Shown here: positions 33,720 through 42,238 of the stretch, piece after piece
Layout: every line of letters starts with the position of its first letter
Numbering within the stretch: the stretch's first letter is position 1
From: a virus
Taxonomy: Duplodnaviria; Caudoviricetes
Virus record (IMG/VR): IMGVR_UViG_3300017913_001550
Location: 1-45,767 of that record
Length of the DNA stretch: 45,767 bases
Strand: one strand, 5' to 3'
The notes under the pieces: model-generated
Databases searched by the model: none
What the model was told of the DNA's origin: nothing
What the model saw: only the letters and a program-made list of their open reading frames with translations
Program-made: the position numbers and the translations under genes

Positions 33720-35531
33720 CTACGTTTCAATGTCGTTGTTAACTTTGTTGACCACAGTTGGATTACTATTTTCATGCTCGTCATATGGTTCGTGTGTTGG
33801 CACACGCTTCATAATACTAGTGAATTGGCTTGATGTGTAATAGTTGTATCCTGCCCAATCTGCACTAGAACTTTTTCCTGTATGTGTAAACACTCCTAAA
33901 TTTCTTACATGAGCGGCGACACTAGGACTTGCGGCATTAGCGCCTATGGCTGAACTTGCGCCTGGTAAGTTTAAATGCACTGCTTCAGTTCCGTCCACGT
34001 ATACAGTTTTGTCAGTTTTAACACTAATATTACTGCCGTCTGTTGATAAACGTATTTCTCCGTTAGCAGTTCCTATTTTATTAGTCGGGCCGCTTAATTC
34101 TTCCCAATAGTCTCCATTGTCTACTGGAATAAGTGACAAATCTTGTGGACTCTGTGTTCTAGTTTTGGCACGATAATATTTTCCTTCCACAGTGACGGTG
34201 TAGCCTGTGCTATATGCTTCAGTGGAAACAAATGTATCAGTTAAACTAGCACTTGTATTTGCTTTTAGATCTATGCTTGTTCCTGCACTTATACTTGTAT
34301 TGTTAATCGTAGCAAGGTCAATGTTACCACTGGTAATAGTTGTATCATATCTATTCTGTACATCAAAATTATTTGTAATTAAACTTAAATCTCCTGTATC
34401 TACAAGCGTGTTCAAACTTCTTAGATTATAATTTCCTTTTACTTCTGTACGCATACTGTTGTATGCCATGTTTCTTAAATTAGCAGACTCTGTTCTAACA
34501 AAACTACCTGCTTTAATGTTAACGTTTCTTTTTGCCTCAATGTTAACATCTCTATCAGCAAAAAAATTAAAGTCTGCTTCTGTGCGTAAACTAATACTGT
34601 CTTGTGCAAACACATCCATTTTACCATCGCTGGTCAATTCGATCCAGGCAGTACCTCTTTTGTTACCGATGTAAATTAAATCATCTGAATCATTTAGTAA
34701 TATTTGATGTCCACCTTGAGTTCGTAATCTTATTAAATTGTTTTTACCTTCAGTATCGCCGTCATCCATTACAAAAACATGTCCGCCTCGTTGCGTTACC
34801 TGTTTTGCATTTTTATCAGCACCTGTAATAACTTTGTCACCTGTGTATTTTCCTGGTGTGTTAACTCCAAAAATACTGTTTACTGATTCACGTTGCATAG
34901 AACTTGTGGTAAGTCCTCTAGCAGTATCATTTAAAAGGCCTTGTGTTTTTAGTACATTAGCAAGTGGATGCACAGGATATTTTATTTTTTCAGGTGTAAC
35001 TTGTCCTGCTTGTGCTTTCTTATTATAATTTCCAGTTGGCAAACCTTTAAGTGGTGGTCCGTACGCTTTGAATTCATCACTTGTTACTGCAACATCTGTT
35101 CTCGTTGCATAGTCAGGAATTTGATGATTCATTTCCTCTTCAACTATGCCGCCGAGCCAAATTCCTTTGTTAATGCTTCCTCCGATTAGAAGTACAAGAC
35201 CTTTTGTTCCAACTCTCGGTGCAGGAAACACCATGCCAGCACTCTGTTGTGTATCATCATATTTTTGTGGATTCTCTCCACTGTCTTTATAATCCTTCAC
35301 ACTATAGAAAGGCATTAATACTTGTACACTTATTCTATTGCTTTCAACACTTCTGTTTTGAGATACATTATCTTCTAAACTAACTTCTAGACTGCCTTTT
35401 TTTCTATAGTCAGCATTTTTTTCTACTGTTGCAATAAAAGGTCCTGTGCCTATGCCACTAGCATAACTGTCACTGCGGTGCGGTGAAATTTGTGCACCGC
35501 TTTTTTGTTTTCTATCGTAAAATGTTGGCAT
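33720..35531 (-). CDS. baseplate hub/central spike, gp5/VgrG-like
   Basis: N-terminal OB-fold-like segment (G.L.V...GM.FPAP.VG), GHVFVMDD...IRLRT.GGHQILL.D and beta-helix repeats; C-terminal RVPTHEPY..HEN. Confidence 0.78.
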   Translation of the reverse strand: MPTFYDRKQKSGAQISPHRSDSYASGIGTGPFIATVEKNADYRKKGSLEVSLEDNVSQNRSVESNRISVQVLMPFYSVKDYKDSGENPQKYDDTQQSAGMVFPAPRVGTKGLVLLIGGSINKGIWLGGIVEEEMNHQIPDYATRTDVAVTSDEFKAYGPPLKGLPTGNYNKKAQAGQVTPEKIKYPVHPLANVLKTQGLLNDTARGLTTSSMQRESVNSIFGVNTPGKYTGDKVITGADKNAKQVTQRGGHVFVMDDGDTEGKNNLIRLRTQGGHQILLNDSDDLIYIGNKRGTAWIELTSDGKMDVFAQDSISLRTEADFNFFADRDVNIEAKRNVNIKAGSFVRTESANLRNMAYNSMRTEVKGNYNLRSLNTLVDTGDLSLITNNFDVQNRYDTTITSGNIDLATINNTSISAGTSIDLKANTSASLTDTFVSTEAYSTGYTVTVEGKYYRAKTRTQSPQDLSLIPVDNGDYWEELSGPTNKIGTANGEIRLSTDGSNISVKTDKTVYVDGTEAVHLNLPGASSAIGANAASPSVAAHVRNLGVFTHTGKSSSADWAGYNYYTSSQFTSIMKRVPTHEPYDEHENSNPTVVNKVNNDIET

Positions 35532-38500
35532 TTATCTGTTTTCACCTCTGTTTATTCCTGCAATTCTTAGTGCTGATTCAAACTCTGCACGTTCTTCATC
35601 GGCCATTTTTCGCCCTAGCAAACTTGGTGGAGCGCCTTCAAACGGAGTGCCTGCATACGGATCTGCTTTAGTAGTTGATACTTTAATATTACTTTGTGCT
35701 TGTGTTTCTACATTCTTTTGTAGTTGTTCAGGTGTGTAAGCAGTTGCTCCACTTAACAGGTCTTTGCCTGTACTAACAATAGCATCAAAGGCTCCGCCTA
35801 CTGCATCTGTAAACGAACCTACTGCGCCTGTTAGTGTTAAACCTGCCGACTCAGTAATCGCACTTGCTGGATCTGAGACATATTTTTTAGACTTTTCTAG
35901 ATCAGCGGCAGATGCTGATACAGCAGGAGTCTTTTTCATTTTATCTTGATTTTCTTGGCTTGCGGCGCCTAATCTTGGATCTACTACTTCTACAACAATA
36001 TTTTCTCCGGTTCTTTTTTCAATATAATCATTTTCTTGGTTTGGCTTTCTAATTATAGTCAAGTCTTGTGTAAACACACCTTCATTAAAACTATTTTCCA
36101 CAGTGGTTACTTGATATACTCCACTGTAATAACTTGGAATAAGTTTCATAGCCGCTTCGCCTTCTTTAACTTCTTCTTGATTTGGATAATCAAGTGCTGT
36201 GCCAAAATTAAAAACTACATTTGCTTCTCTAGTAAAAGCGTTTGCTTCTCCTTGTTCGGTTTCGATTTCGTCTGCTTCCATTACTGCTTTACTATTGATA
36301 TTTGCACTAAGCAGGTAGACCGGATCGCCAACAATACCTAGTTCTGCCTTCAATAGTGCCTTTGCTCCTGGATTATTGTACAGTGAATCATGCAATGCTT
36401 TGGCAACTTGTGTTCTATTTGTAGGTCTAACCCCTACATCACTTGTGTTATTTTTTTGGTTAGCGTATGTTGATTTGGGAGTAGCAACTCTATTTTGTTG
36501 TACTGCTTCAAGTATATTTTCCGGATATGCTGACTGTGAAGTGGTCTCACTATCTGTTCCTGTTTGTCCAGGAGCAGTTTCACTCTGATTGAACATCATC
36601 GGAGTTGCTGTGAATAAATTGTCGAAATCTAGGTTAAATTTTAATACATCTAGATTTTTTCCTGTATAGATATAGTTGTATTCTCTAACACTCTCTTGTT
36701 TAAGTTTATCGTAATTGTATCCTACATTTTTAATGCCAGGAAATTGACTTACGTGCATTCTATAAGGGAAAATAAGAAAATGATAAGTGTATACTTCTTT
36801 ATTAATAGCAGTGTCGTAACCTATCAATTCAGGTATAATATCAATCTTGTACCAATCAAAATATCCTGTATTTTTATATTCTTTTTCTTTAGTTGGATTT
36901 GTTAGATTCATTGCATAATCACTATCTAACAAAATGTTATGAATATTGTCTGCTAGTGTTGTTCCTTTTTTGAACTGCCACTGTTGTGCACCTTTACCAA
37001 ATCTTCTATAACTTTTAGTATAGATCGTACCTTTGGCTTCTTTAAGATTCTTAATATTAGTTTTGATAATTTCCATTTCAGATCTTGTAAATTCAGCACT
37101 GTTTATTTTTTCATTATATTTTCTAATTAATTCGTCAATTTCATCTTTCTTTTTTTGGCTAGGATTACCTGAAGCAATACCTACTGGAGTATCACCTGTG
37201 TCAACTTGTTTATTGGCCACGTCGTCCCACATAGTCCAATCAATTTCTTTTGCTTTTGAAACTGTTACTGTGCCTGGTGGTCCGCCTTCTTTTTTAGGAT
37301 CATAATTTGGAACAACAGCCGCAAGTTCTTCGTCAGTAACATTATAGAAAGGTTTTAGTTCTTCCCTAATTTTAGCGGCATCTTTATCAAGTTGTTCTAC
37401 CTGTTTGGCTAGGTCTTTGATGCTATCACTTAGAAATTTCTTTTCGTCCTCAATGTCTTTGTCACTTTGCTCTGCTTGTTTATCATATTTGTCAAAGGCA
37501 TAAAATCCACTATAAGGTAATTCTCCTGTTTTCATTTTTGAATCACCAATTACGTTGCCAGTTGGGCCACCTTTGATAAATCCGTCTGCAAGTCCTTCCC
37601 AACTAGTATAAGCATGTCCTGCAATTTTCCAAGGCTCGTCTTTGGTTACAAATTTAATTGTAAACTTGTGAGGTTGAAATGGTGCTATTTTTTTACCTTT
37701 ATACTTTTGTTGTATTTTGTTTGGTGTTTTTATATCTGAATTACCCTTATCTCCAAACGCGGCTCTCATTTGTGCTTCTAGTAATCCATTATACTCCTTG
37801 AACAAATAATGAAGAACACTGCTTACAGTAGGATCCTCTTGCTCAGAAGGACTATTGATGTCATCTATAAGAGAAGTAGATGCAGTACCGCCTACATAAT
37901 TCATACCTGCAAATTTAACACTATATCTAGCACCGGCTTCGGTTACATTCATAGAACTACCTTGAATAATAATAGGAAAATGTCTTGTTGTTCTTGGTAC
38001 TACTTGAGTAATTACATCATCACCTTCTACCCTATGTCCAACAAATTGAACTGTTAATAGAAAGGGTGCTCCTAGATAATCTTGATGTCCACCAAATACA
38101 CTCGCCGCATATAATTCTTCATAAAAGCCAGCAACACTGTGTGGTTCGATTACTTCAAATGATCCTGTTGTTAGATTGCTTACACCTGCTCCGCCGAGAC
38201 CCATCACTGTTTTAAATTGCACATTATCTATAAACAAGTCTCTGTTGTGATTGCTTTTTACATTTCCTGAATTCAATCCTTTTAGACTATCATTGCCTTG
38301 TGTAGCCTCTGGAAAATCATAAGCAGGCACTTCGGTAGCAGAAATATTTGGTATTGCTACAGCAGTGAAGTTTTTCTCTTTTCTTTTGTAACCACCTGAT
38401 CTTAAAACAATATAGTGTTTGTCAGATTCCACACTGGTTCCTATTACATCTTTATAACTGTCTGGATCTCTCGCCTGATCAGCACTTAAACTACTCAGTG

Positions 38501-38723
38501 TAAAAATATAGTTGTAACTATTAAATTCATGCAACGGATTATAATTTTTTCCGCCAAAAAAGTTTTGTTGATTATGAAATCCTTGTATTACACCTTTTGT
38601 TGCAACTCCGCCCGCAACAGAATAAAGTCCATCCTCTGATTTTCGATAAAATCCTCTAGCCGCATCTTTTTTCTGTGCCGCTTGGTATACTTTTGTTACA
38701 TCAGTTATTCTATTAACTGCCAT
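35532..38723 (-). CDS. baseplate hub/tail protein (gp27/gp44-like)
   Basis: NPLH.F.SYNY.FTL start, YNYIYTGKN.DVL.F.L.F, I.GDP..L and YSG.Y.V..V...F..G.FTQ.L end; syntenic between gp53- and gp5-like genes. Confidence 0.65.
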   Translation of the reverse strand: MAVNRITDVTKVYQAAQKKDAARGFYRKSEDGLYSVAGGVATKGVIQGFHNQQNFFGGKNYNPLHEFNSYNYIFTLSSLSADQARDPDSYKDVIGTSVESDKHYIVLRSGGYKRKEKNFTAVAIPNISATEVPAYDFPEATQGNDSLKGLNSGNVKSNHNRDLFIDNVQFKTVMGLGGAGVSNLTTGSFEVIEPHSVAGFYEELYAASVFGGHQDYLGAPFLLTVQFVGHRVEGDDVITQVVPRTTRHFPIIIQGSSMNVTEAGARYSVKFAGMNYVGGTASTSLIDDINSPSEQEDPTVSSVLHYLFKEYNGLLEAQMRAAFGDKGNSDIKTPNKIQQKYKGKKIAPFQPHKFTIKFVTKDEPWKIAGHAYTSWEGLADGFIKGGPTGNVIGDSKMKTGELPYSGFYAFDKYDKQAEQSDKDIEDEKKFLSDSIKDLAKQVEQLDKDAAKIREELKPFYNVTDEELAAVVPNYDPKKEGGPPGTVTVSKAKEIDWTMWDDVANKQVDTGDTPVGIASGNPSQKKKDEIDELIRKYNEKINSAEFTRSEMEIIKTNIKNLKEAKGTIYTKSYRRFGKGAQQWQFKKGTTLADNIHNILLDSDYAMNLTNPTKEKEYKNTGYFDWYKIDIIPELIGYDTAINKEVYTYHFLIFPYRMHVSQFPGIKNVGYNYDKLKQESVREYNYIYTGKNLDVLKFNLDFDNLFTATPMMFNQSETAPGQTGTDSETTSQSAYPENILEAVQQNRVATPKSTYANQKNNTSDVGVRPTNRTQVAKALHDSLYNNPGAKALLKAELGIVGDPVYLLSANINSKAVMEADEIETEQGEANAFTREANVVFNFGTALDYPNQEEVKEGEAAMKLIPSYYSGVYQVTTVENSFNEGVFTQDLTIIRKPNQENDYIEKRTGENIVVEVVDPRLGAASQENQDKMKKTPAVSASAADLEKSKKYVSDPASAITESAGLTLTGAVGSFTDAVGGAFDAIVSTGKDLLSGATAYTPEQLQKNVETQAQSNIKVSTTKADPYAGTPFEGAPPSLLGRKMADEERAEFESALRIAGINRGENR

Positions 38724-38724
38724 G

Positions 38725-39018
38725 CTAGAATCCTACAACTTGTCTAATTGTATCAATGTTCGGTATACGAATTTCAACTCCACTTACAAAATCAAAAATA
38801 GGATCTTCTAGTTCATTAGGGTTTCTGCTTTTGAATACCCACCACAAGTTAGGATCGTCATATAAGTCACTCGCTAGTAAATCAGGACGATAATTGTATT
38901 GACTTTTAATTACATAAGGTACATCAGTATCAACAGCAGGAATTTGTCTATATGTTAGTACATCTAAACCGTTGTCGGTAACTTCAGTTGATCCATACAG
39001 ACTTGTGTTTTGGTACAT
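38725..39018 (-). CDS. baseplate wedge protein, gp53/LysM-like
   Basis: YRPDLLA.DLY.D..LWWVF...N......PI.DF..G..I.IP motif. Confidence 0.82.
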   Translation of the reverse strand: MYQNTSLYGSTEVTDNGLDVLTYRQIPAVDTDVPYVIKSQYNYRPDLLASDLYDDPNLWWVFKSRNPNELEDPIFDFVSGVEIRIPNIDTIRQVVGF

Positions 39019-39809
39019 TAGATTACTCCTCTAGCATTTAGGCTACCGTTTATATAAGAATCAAGATCGAAACTTGCTTGATCAATTCTTGAGTATGCTG
39101 GTAAACATTCTACTGTAAATTCTGCTCTAGTAGGACACTGTGTTTCACCAGGATATCCGCCTTGTGGTGTGACATTAATATAATCAACATCTTCATTTAA
39201 CGTGAAGAAAAAACTGCTGATTACAATTGGCATATCGTTAAACATGTAATCACCGAAACCACTTAGCAAACACACAATCGGAGGGGCACCCGCGTTAGTT
39301 CCTCCTCCAAAATGCATTTTAGTTGCTGATCTTAGTGCATGGATACTGCCAAGCACATATCTAGCCTCATCTTCATTTTGTGCTGTAAATGTTCCAACAA
39401 TAGTGATGTTGTCAAGAGCACTGTTCTGGTAAGCATGGAAAGCATAATTACTATGTGTTGGTTGAATTGCATTATAATTTGCTCTTGTTTGCACAACAAT
39501 CTGTGGTGTATAAGGAAAAAGCACAGGAGCATGATTTCCACCACCGGCTAAACGTAACAAATAGTTGGACGGGCCACCTAAGTAATCTTTTGGAATTTTA
39601 ATTTTGAGTCTTTTATCTTTAGTCATGCTAGGCGTAGGTTGTGGTTTTGGGGCTTCTGTTTTGCCGCCCTTTAATAATCCACCAAGACGTGCAAGTGGAC
39701 CACTTAATCCTGTGGCTTCACCTAATCCGTCAACGATACTGCCGCCTGCTCTGCCGGCAAAATCACCTATCTGTGTACCTAATTTGGAAAAATTAAAACT
39801 TCCTGCCAT
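39018..39809 (-). CDS. tail tube initiator / baseplate cap protein (gp48/gp54-like)
   Basis: FPYTPQI, HSNY....YQNS, GAPP.VC.LSG.G.YMF..MP.VI.SF; first gene of the baseplate operon. Confidence 0.65.
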   Translation of the reverse strand: MAGSFNFSKLGTQIGDFAGRAGGSIVDGLGEATGLSGPLARLGGLLKGGKTEAPKPQPTPSMTKDKRLKIKIPKDYLGGPSNYLLRLAGGGNHAPVLFPYTPQIVVQTRANYNAIQPTHSNYAFHAYQNSALDNITIVGTFTAQNEDEARYVLGSIHALRSATKMHFGGGTNAGAPPIVCLLSGFGDYMFNDMPIVISSFFFTLNEDVDYINVTPQGGYPGETQCPTRAEFTVECLPAYSRIDQASFDLDSYINGSLNARGVI

Positions 39810-39835
39810 ATCACTTTGGTTCCTTTTCTTACAAT

Positions 39836-39860
39836 TATTTATTGCAATTATTAACTGCGT
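39836..39860 (-). promoter_or_regulatory. extended late promoter ACGCAGTTAATA-N7-TAAATA driving the baseplate/tail operon
   Basis: Minus strand ACGCAGTTAATA ATTGCAA TAAATA; same motif and spacing as 33239-33263. Confidence 0.65.
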
Positions 39861-39870
39861 ATATTATAAT
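39842..39870 (+). promoter_or_regulatory. sigma70-type promoter of the late sigma factor gene (TTGCAA-17-TATAAT)
   Basis: TTGCAA 39842-39847, perfect TATAAT 39865-39870, GGAG RBS before ATG 39896. Confidence 0.6.
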
Positions 39871-39895
39871 GTGTGTATAACTCCTGGAGAAACCT

Positions 39896-40747
39896 ATGAA
39901 AAGACAAAAATATTTAACAAATAAGGACTTGTTGCGTGAAATTCACGTGAGCAAGAATACTTATTGCGAATTTGTCGAAGCGGAGCACAGCGAATATGAC
40001 ATCATACTACCAAGTTTAGAAAAAGTAAACAGATTATCAGTAGCAGAAGCAAAACGCAAACGTGCAGACAAAATTGGCAAAAAAGCATACGAAGAAGCAA
40101 AAGCAAACAAGAAAAAAGTAAAGTTAGCGGAAGTAACACCGGATTGGCGTAAGATTGATAAAAAGGATCTAGTTTTTAGAATCATGACATTTGATCATAT
40201 TCCAAAAGAGCCTGGACGTAAACGCAAAACCAAAACAATAGCAGACGAACACACAAAAGTAAACTTTCCTCCATTTCAGCATTGGAAATACAATGACAAT
40301 GATGAACTTATCTGTGTAGGGAAAAGCCATTGGGAAGGTGGTCTTCACAACGGTGCATTTAGAAAAGACCACGGAAGAATGACAGAAGACCTTGGACGCA
40401 TGTTTTTAAAACTTGCTGATAGATATGGCACTAGATCAAACTGGCGTGGTTACACTTACAACGACGAAATGCGAGCCCAAGCAGTATTACAACTTTCGCA
40501 GATTGGATTGCAGTTTGACGAATCAAAATCAGAAAATCCATTTGCGTATTACACAGCCGCGGTAACAAATAGTTTTACCCGTGTGCTGAATATTGAAAAG
40601 AAAAACCAAAACATTAGAGATGATATCTTGCAAGAGAACGGATTGAACCCTTCGTTTACAAGACAACATCAAGAAGTGTTCAAAGAGGACAAAGAAAAAC
40701 TTGCTGAGTTCTACAAGAACATGAGACGACCAAAGGCAGACTATTAA
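39896..40747 (+). CDS. late-transcription sigma factor, T4 gp55-like
   Basis: YLTNKDLL N-terminus, LG.MF..LA......NWRGYTY.DEM and FD..KS.NPFAYYT....NSF.R; sits upstream of gp47/gp46 as in T4-like phages. Confidence 0.88.
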   Translation: MKRQKYLTNKDLLREIHVSKNTYCEFVEAEHSEYDIILPSLEKVNRLSVAEAKRKRADKIGKKAYEEAKANKKKVKLAEVTPDWRKIDKKDLVFRIMTFDHIPKEPGRKRKTKTIADEHTKVNFPPFQHWKYNDNDELICVGKSHWEGGLHNGAFRKDHGRMTEDLGRMFLKLADRYGTRSNWRGYTYNDEMRAQAVLQLSQIGLQFDESKSENPFAYYTAAVTNSFTRVLNIEKKNQNIRDDILQENGLNPSFTRQHQEVFKEDKEKLAEFYKNMRRPKADY

Positions 40748-41172
40748 TGGAACTAGTTAAAATTGACGATGATTGGAGACTTGGTGCGTGTAAGGATGAT
40801 CCTGTTAGGGCTCATATTCCACTGCACTTTAGAGTCACCAACGGTAGAGAAGTATATGCACTAGAAAACGACGATGCAATCATTCAAGCAGTTATCTGTG
40901 TTGCATATACAGATGAAATTCCTACCAATGAAGATGATTTAAAATTTACAGGAGATAAAATTGCAGTGTTCTATACCGTATGGAGTTATGAAAAAGGCAT
41001 GGGTAGAGAAATTGTAAATCAAGTTTGGAATCATCTAAAAGCAACAAAACCTAGCGTAAAAAGATATGTTACTCTAAGTCCACTGACAGACATGGCTCGC
41101 AACTTCCATCTTAAAAATGGTGCAAAGTTTATCAGCAAACATGCTGACTGTCAAAACTTTGAATACGTATAG
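40747..41172 (+). CDS. GNAT-fold protein resembling the malonyl-CoA decarboxylase catalytic core
   Basis: AVFYTVWSY..G.GREIV, VTLSP and ARNFHLKNGA parallel the MCD motifs AIFYSIS, TLSP and ARFHL.NGA. Confidence 0.6.
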   Translation: MELVKIDDDWRLGACKDDPVRAHIPLHFRVTNGREVYALENDDAIIQAVICVAYTDEIPTNEDDLKFTGDKIAVFYTVWSYEKGMGREIVNQVWNHLKATKPSVKRYVTLSPLTDMARNFHLKNGAKFISKHADCQNFEYV

Positions 41173-41173
41173 G

Positions 41174-41203
41174 TTGACAATTACTACAATCTTGTAGTAT
41201 AAT
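41174..41203 (+). promoter_or_regulatory. sigma70-type promoter (TTGACA-18-TATAAT) with an internal palindrome
   Basis: TTGACA 41174-41179, TATAAT 41198-41203; inverted repeat TACTACAA-TC-TTGTAGTA at 41182-41199. Confidence 0.7.
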
Positions 41204-41215
41204 AATGGAGTAAGT

Positions 41216-42238
41216 ATGGCAAATTTATTCAAGAAGGCCGCAGTGTTTACGGATATTCACTTCGGATTGAAATCAAATAGTAAAACGCACAACGATGACT
41301 GTGAACGTTTCGTGGATTGGTATATTGAAACTGCCAAGGCCAACGGATGTGAAGTAGGCATTTTTTGTGGTGACTGGCATCACAACAGAAGTGCATTAAA
41401 TTTAACAACCATGGATGCAAGTCTGCGTTCGCTGGAAAAACTAGGTGCGGCTTTTGAACAGTTCTACTTCTTTCCAGGCAATCACGATTTATACTACAAA
41501 GATAAAAGAGAAATTCACAGTGTAATTTTTGGCAGACACGTGCCAGGTGTTACAGTTGTAAACAAGCCTATGGTCAAAGACGATGTAGGATTGATTCCTT
41601 GGCTGGTTGGAGATGAATGGAAAAAAGTAGGAGCCTTGCAGTGCAAATATATGTTTGGTCACTTTGAACTTCCTAACTTTAAAATGAATGCCATGGTTGA
41701 AATGCCCGACACAGGTGAAATCAAACCAGACGATTTTAAGGCACAAGAATTAGTGTTTACAGGACACTTTCATAAAAGACAACAACGCAACAACATTTAC
41801 TATATTGGTAATGCATTTCCACACAATTATGCAGATGCATGGGATGATGAACGTGGCATGATGACACTGGAATGGGGTGGAGAACCTCAATTTATTGATT
41901 GGCCGGATTGTCCAAAATACAGGACTGTAAAACTAAGCCGTTTATTGGATAAAACAGATGAACTTCTTTCGCCGGGTAACTTGTATTTGCGTGTTACACT
42001 AGACATTGACATTTCATACGAAGAAGCAAACTTTATTAAAGAAAACTTTGCACAACAATACGATATTAGGGAGATTAGTTTGTTACCTGATACAACAGAA
42101 TCAGATGAAGATTTAAGTTTAGATCGAGGAGATGTTGAATTTGAAAGTGTAGATCAAATTGTAACTGATCAAATAACAAAAATTGAAAGTGAGCAGTACA
42201 AGCCGAACACACTGCTGGACATTTATAGGAACTTATAA
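41216..42238 (+). CDS. recombination nuclease subunit, gp47/Mre11/SbcD-like
   Basis: Calcineurin-like phosphoesterase motifs DIH, GDWHH, GNHD, GHF and GHFH. Confidence 0.93.
   Translation: MANLFKKAAVFTDIHFGLKSNSKTHNDDCERFVDWYIETAKANGCEVGIFCGDWHHNRSALNLTTMDASLRSLEKLGAAFEQFYFFPGNHDLYYKDKREIHSVIFGRHVPGVTVVNKPMVKDDVGLIPWLVGDEWKKVGALQCKYMFGHFELPNFKMNAMVEMPDTGEIKPDDFKAQELVFTGHFHKRQQRNNIYYIGNAFPHNYADAWDDERGMMTLEWGGEPQFIDWPDCPKYRTVKLSRLLDKTDELLSPGNLYLRVTLDIDISYEEANFIKENFAQQYDIREISLLPDTTESDEDLSLDRGDVEFESVDQIVTDQITKIESEQYKPNTLLDIYRNL

Noticed and set aside
6200-39924. Numerous short plus-strand ORFs antisense to the structural genes
   Set aside because: Shadow frames of long minus-strand genes, rich in Val/Pro/Leu/Ser from reverse-complemented codons, with no motifs or translation signals.
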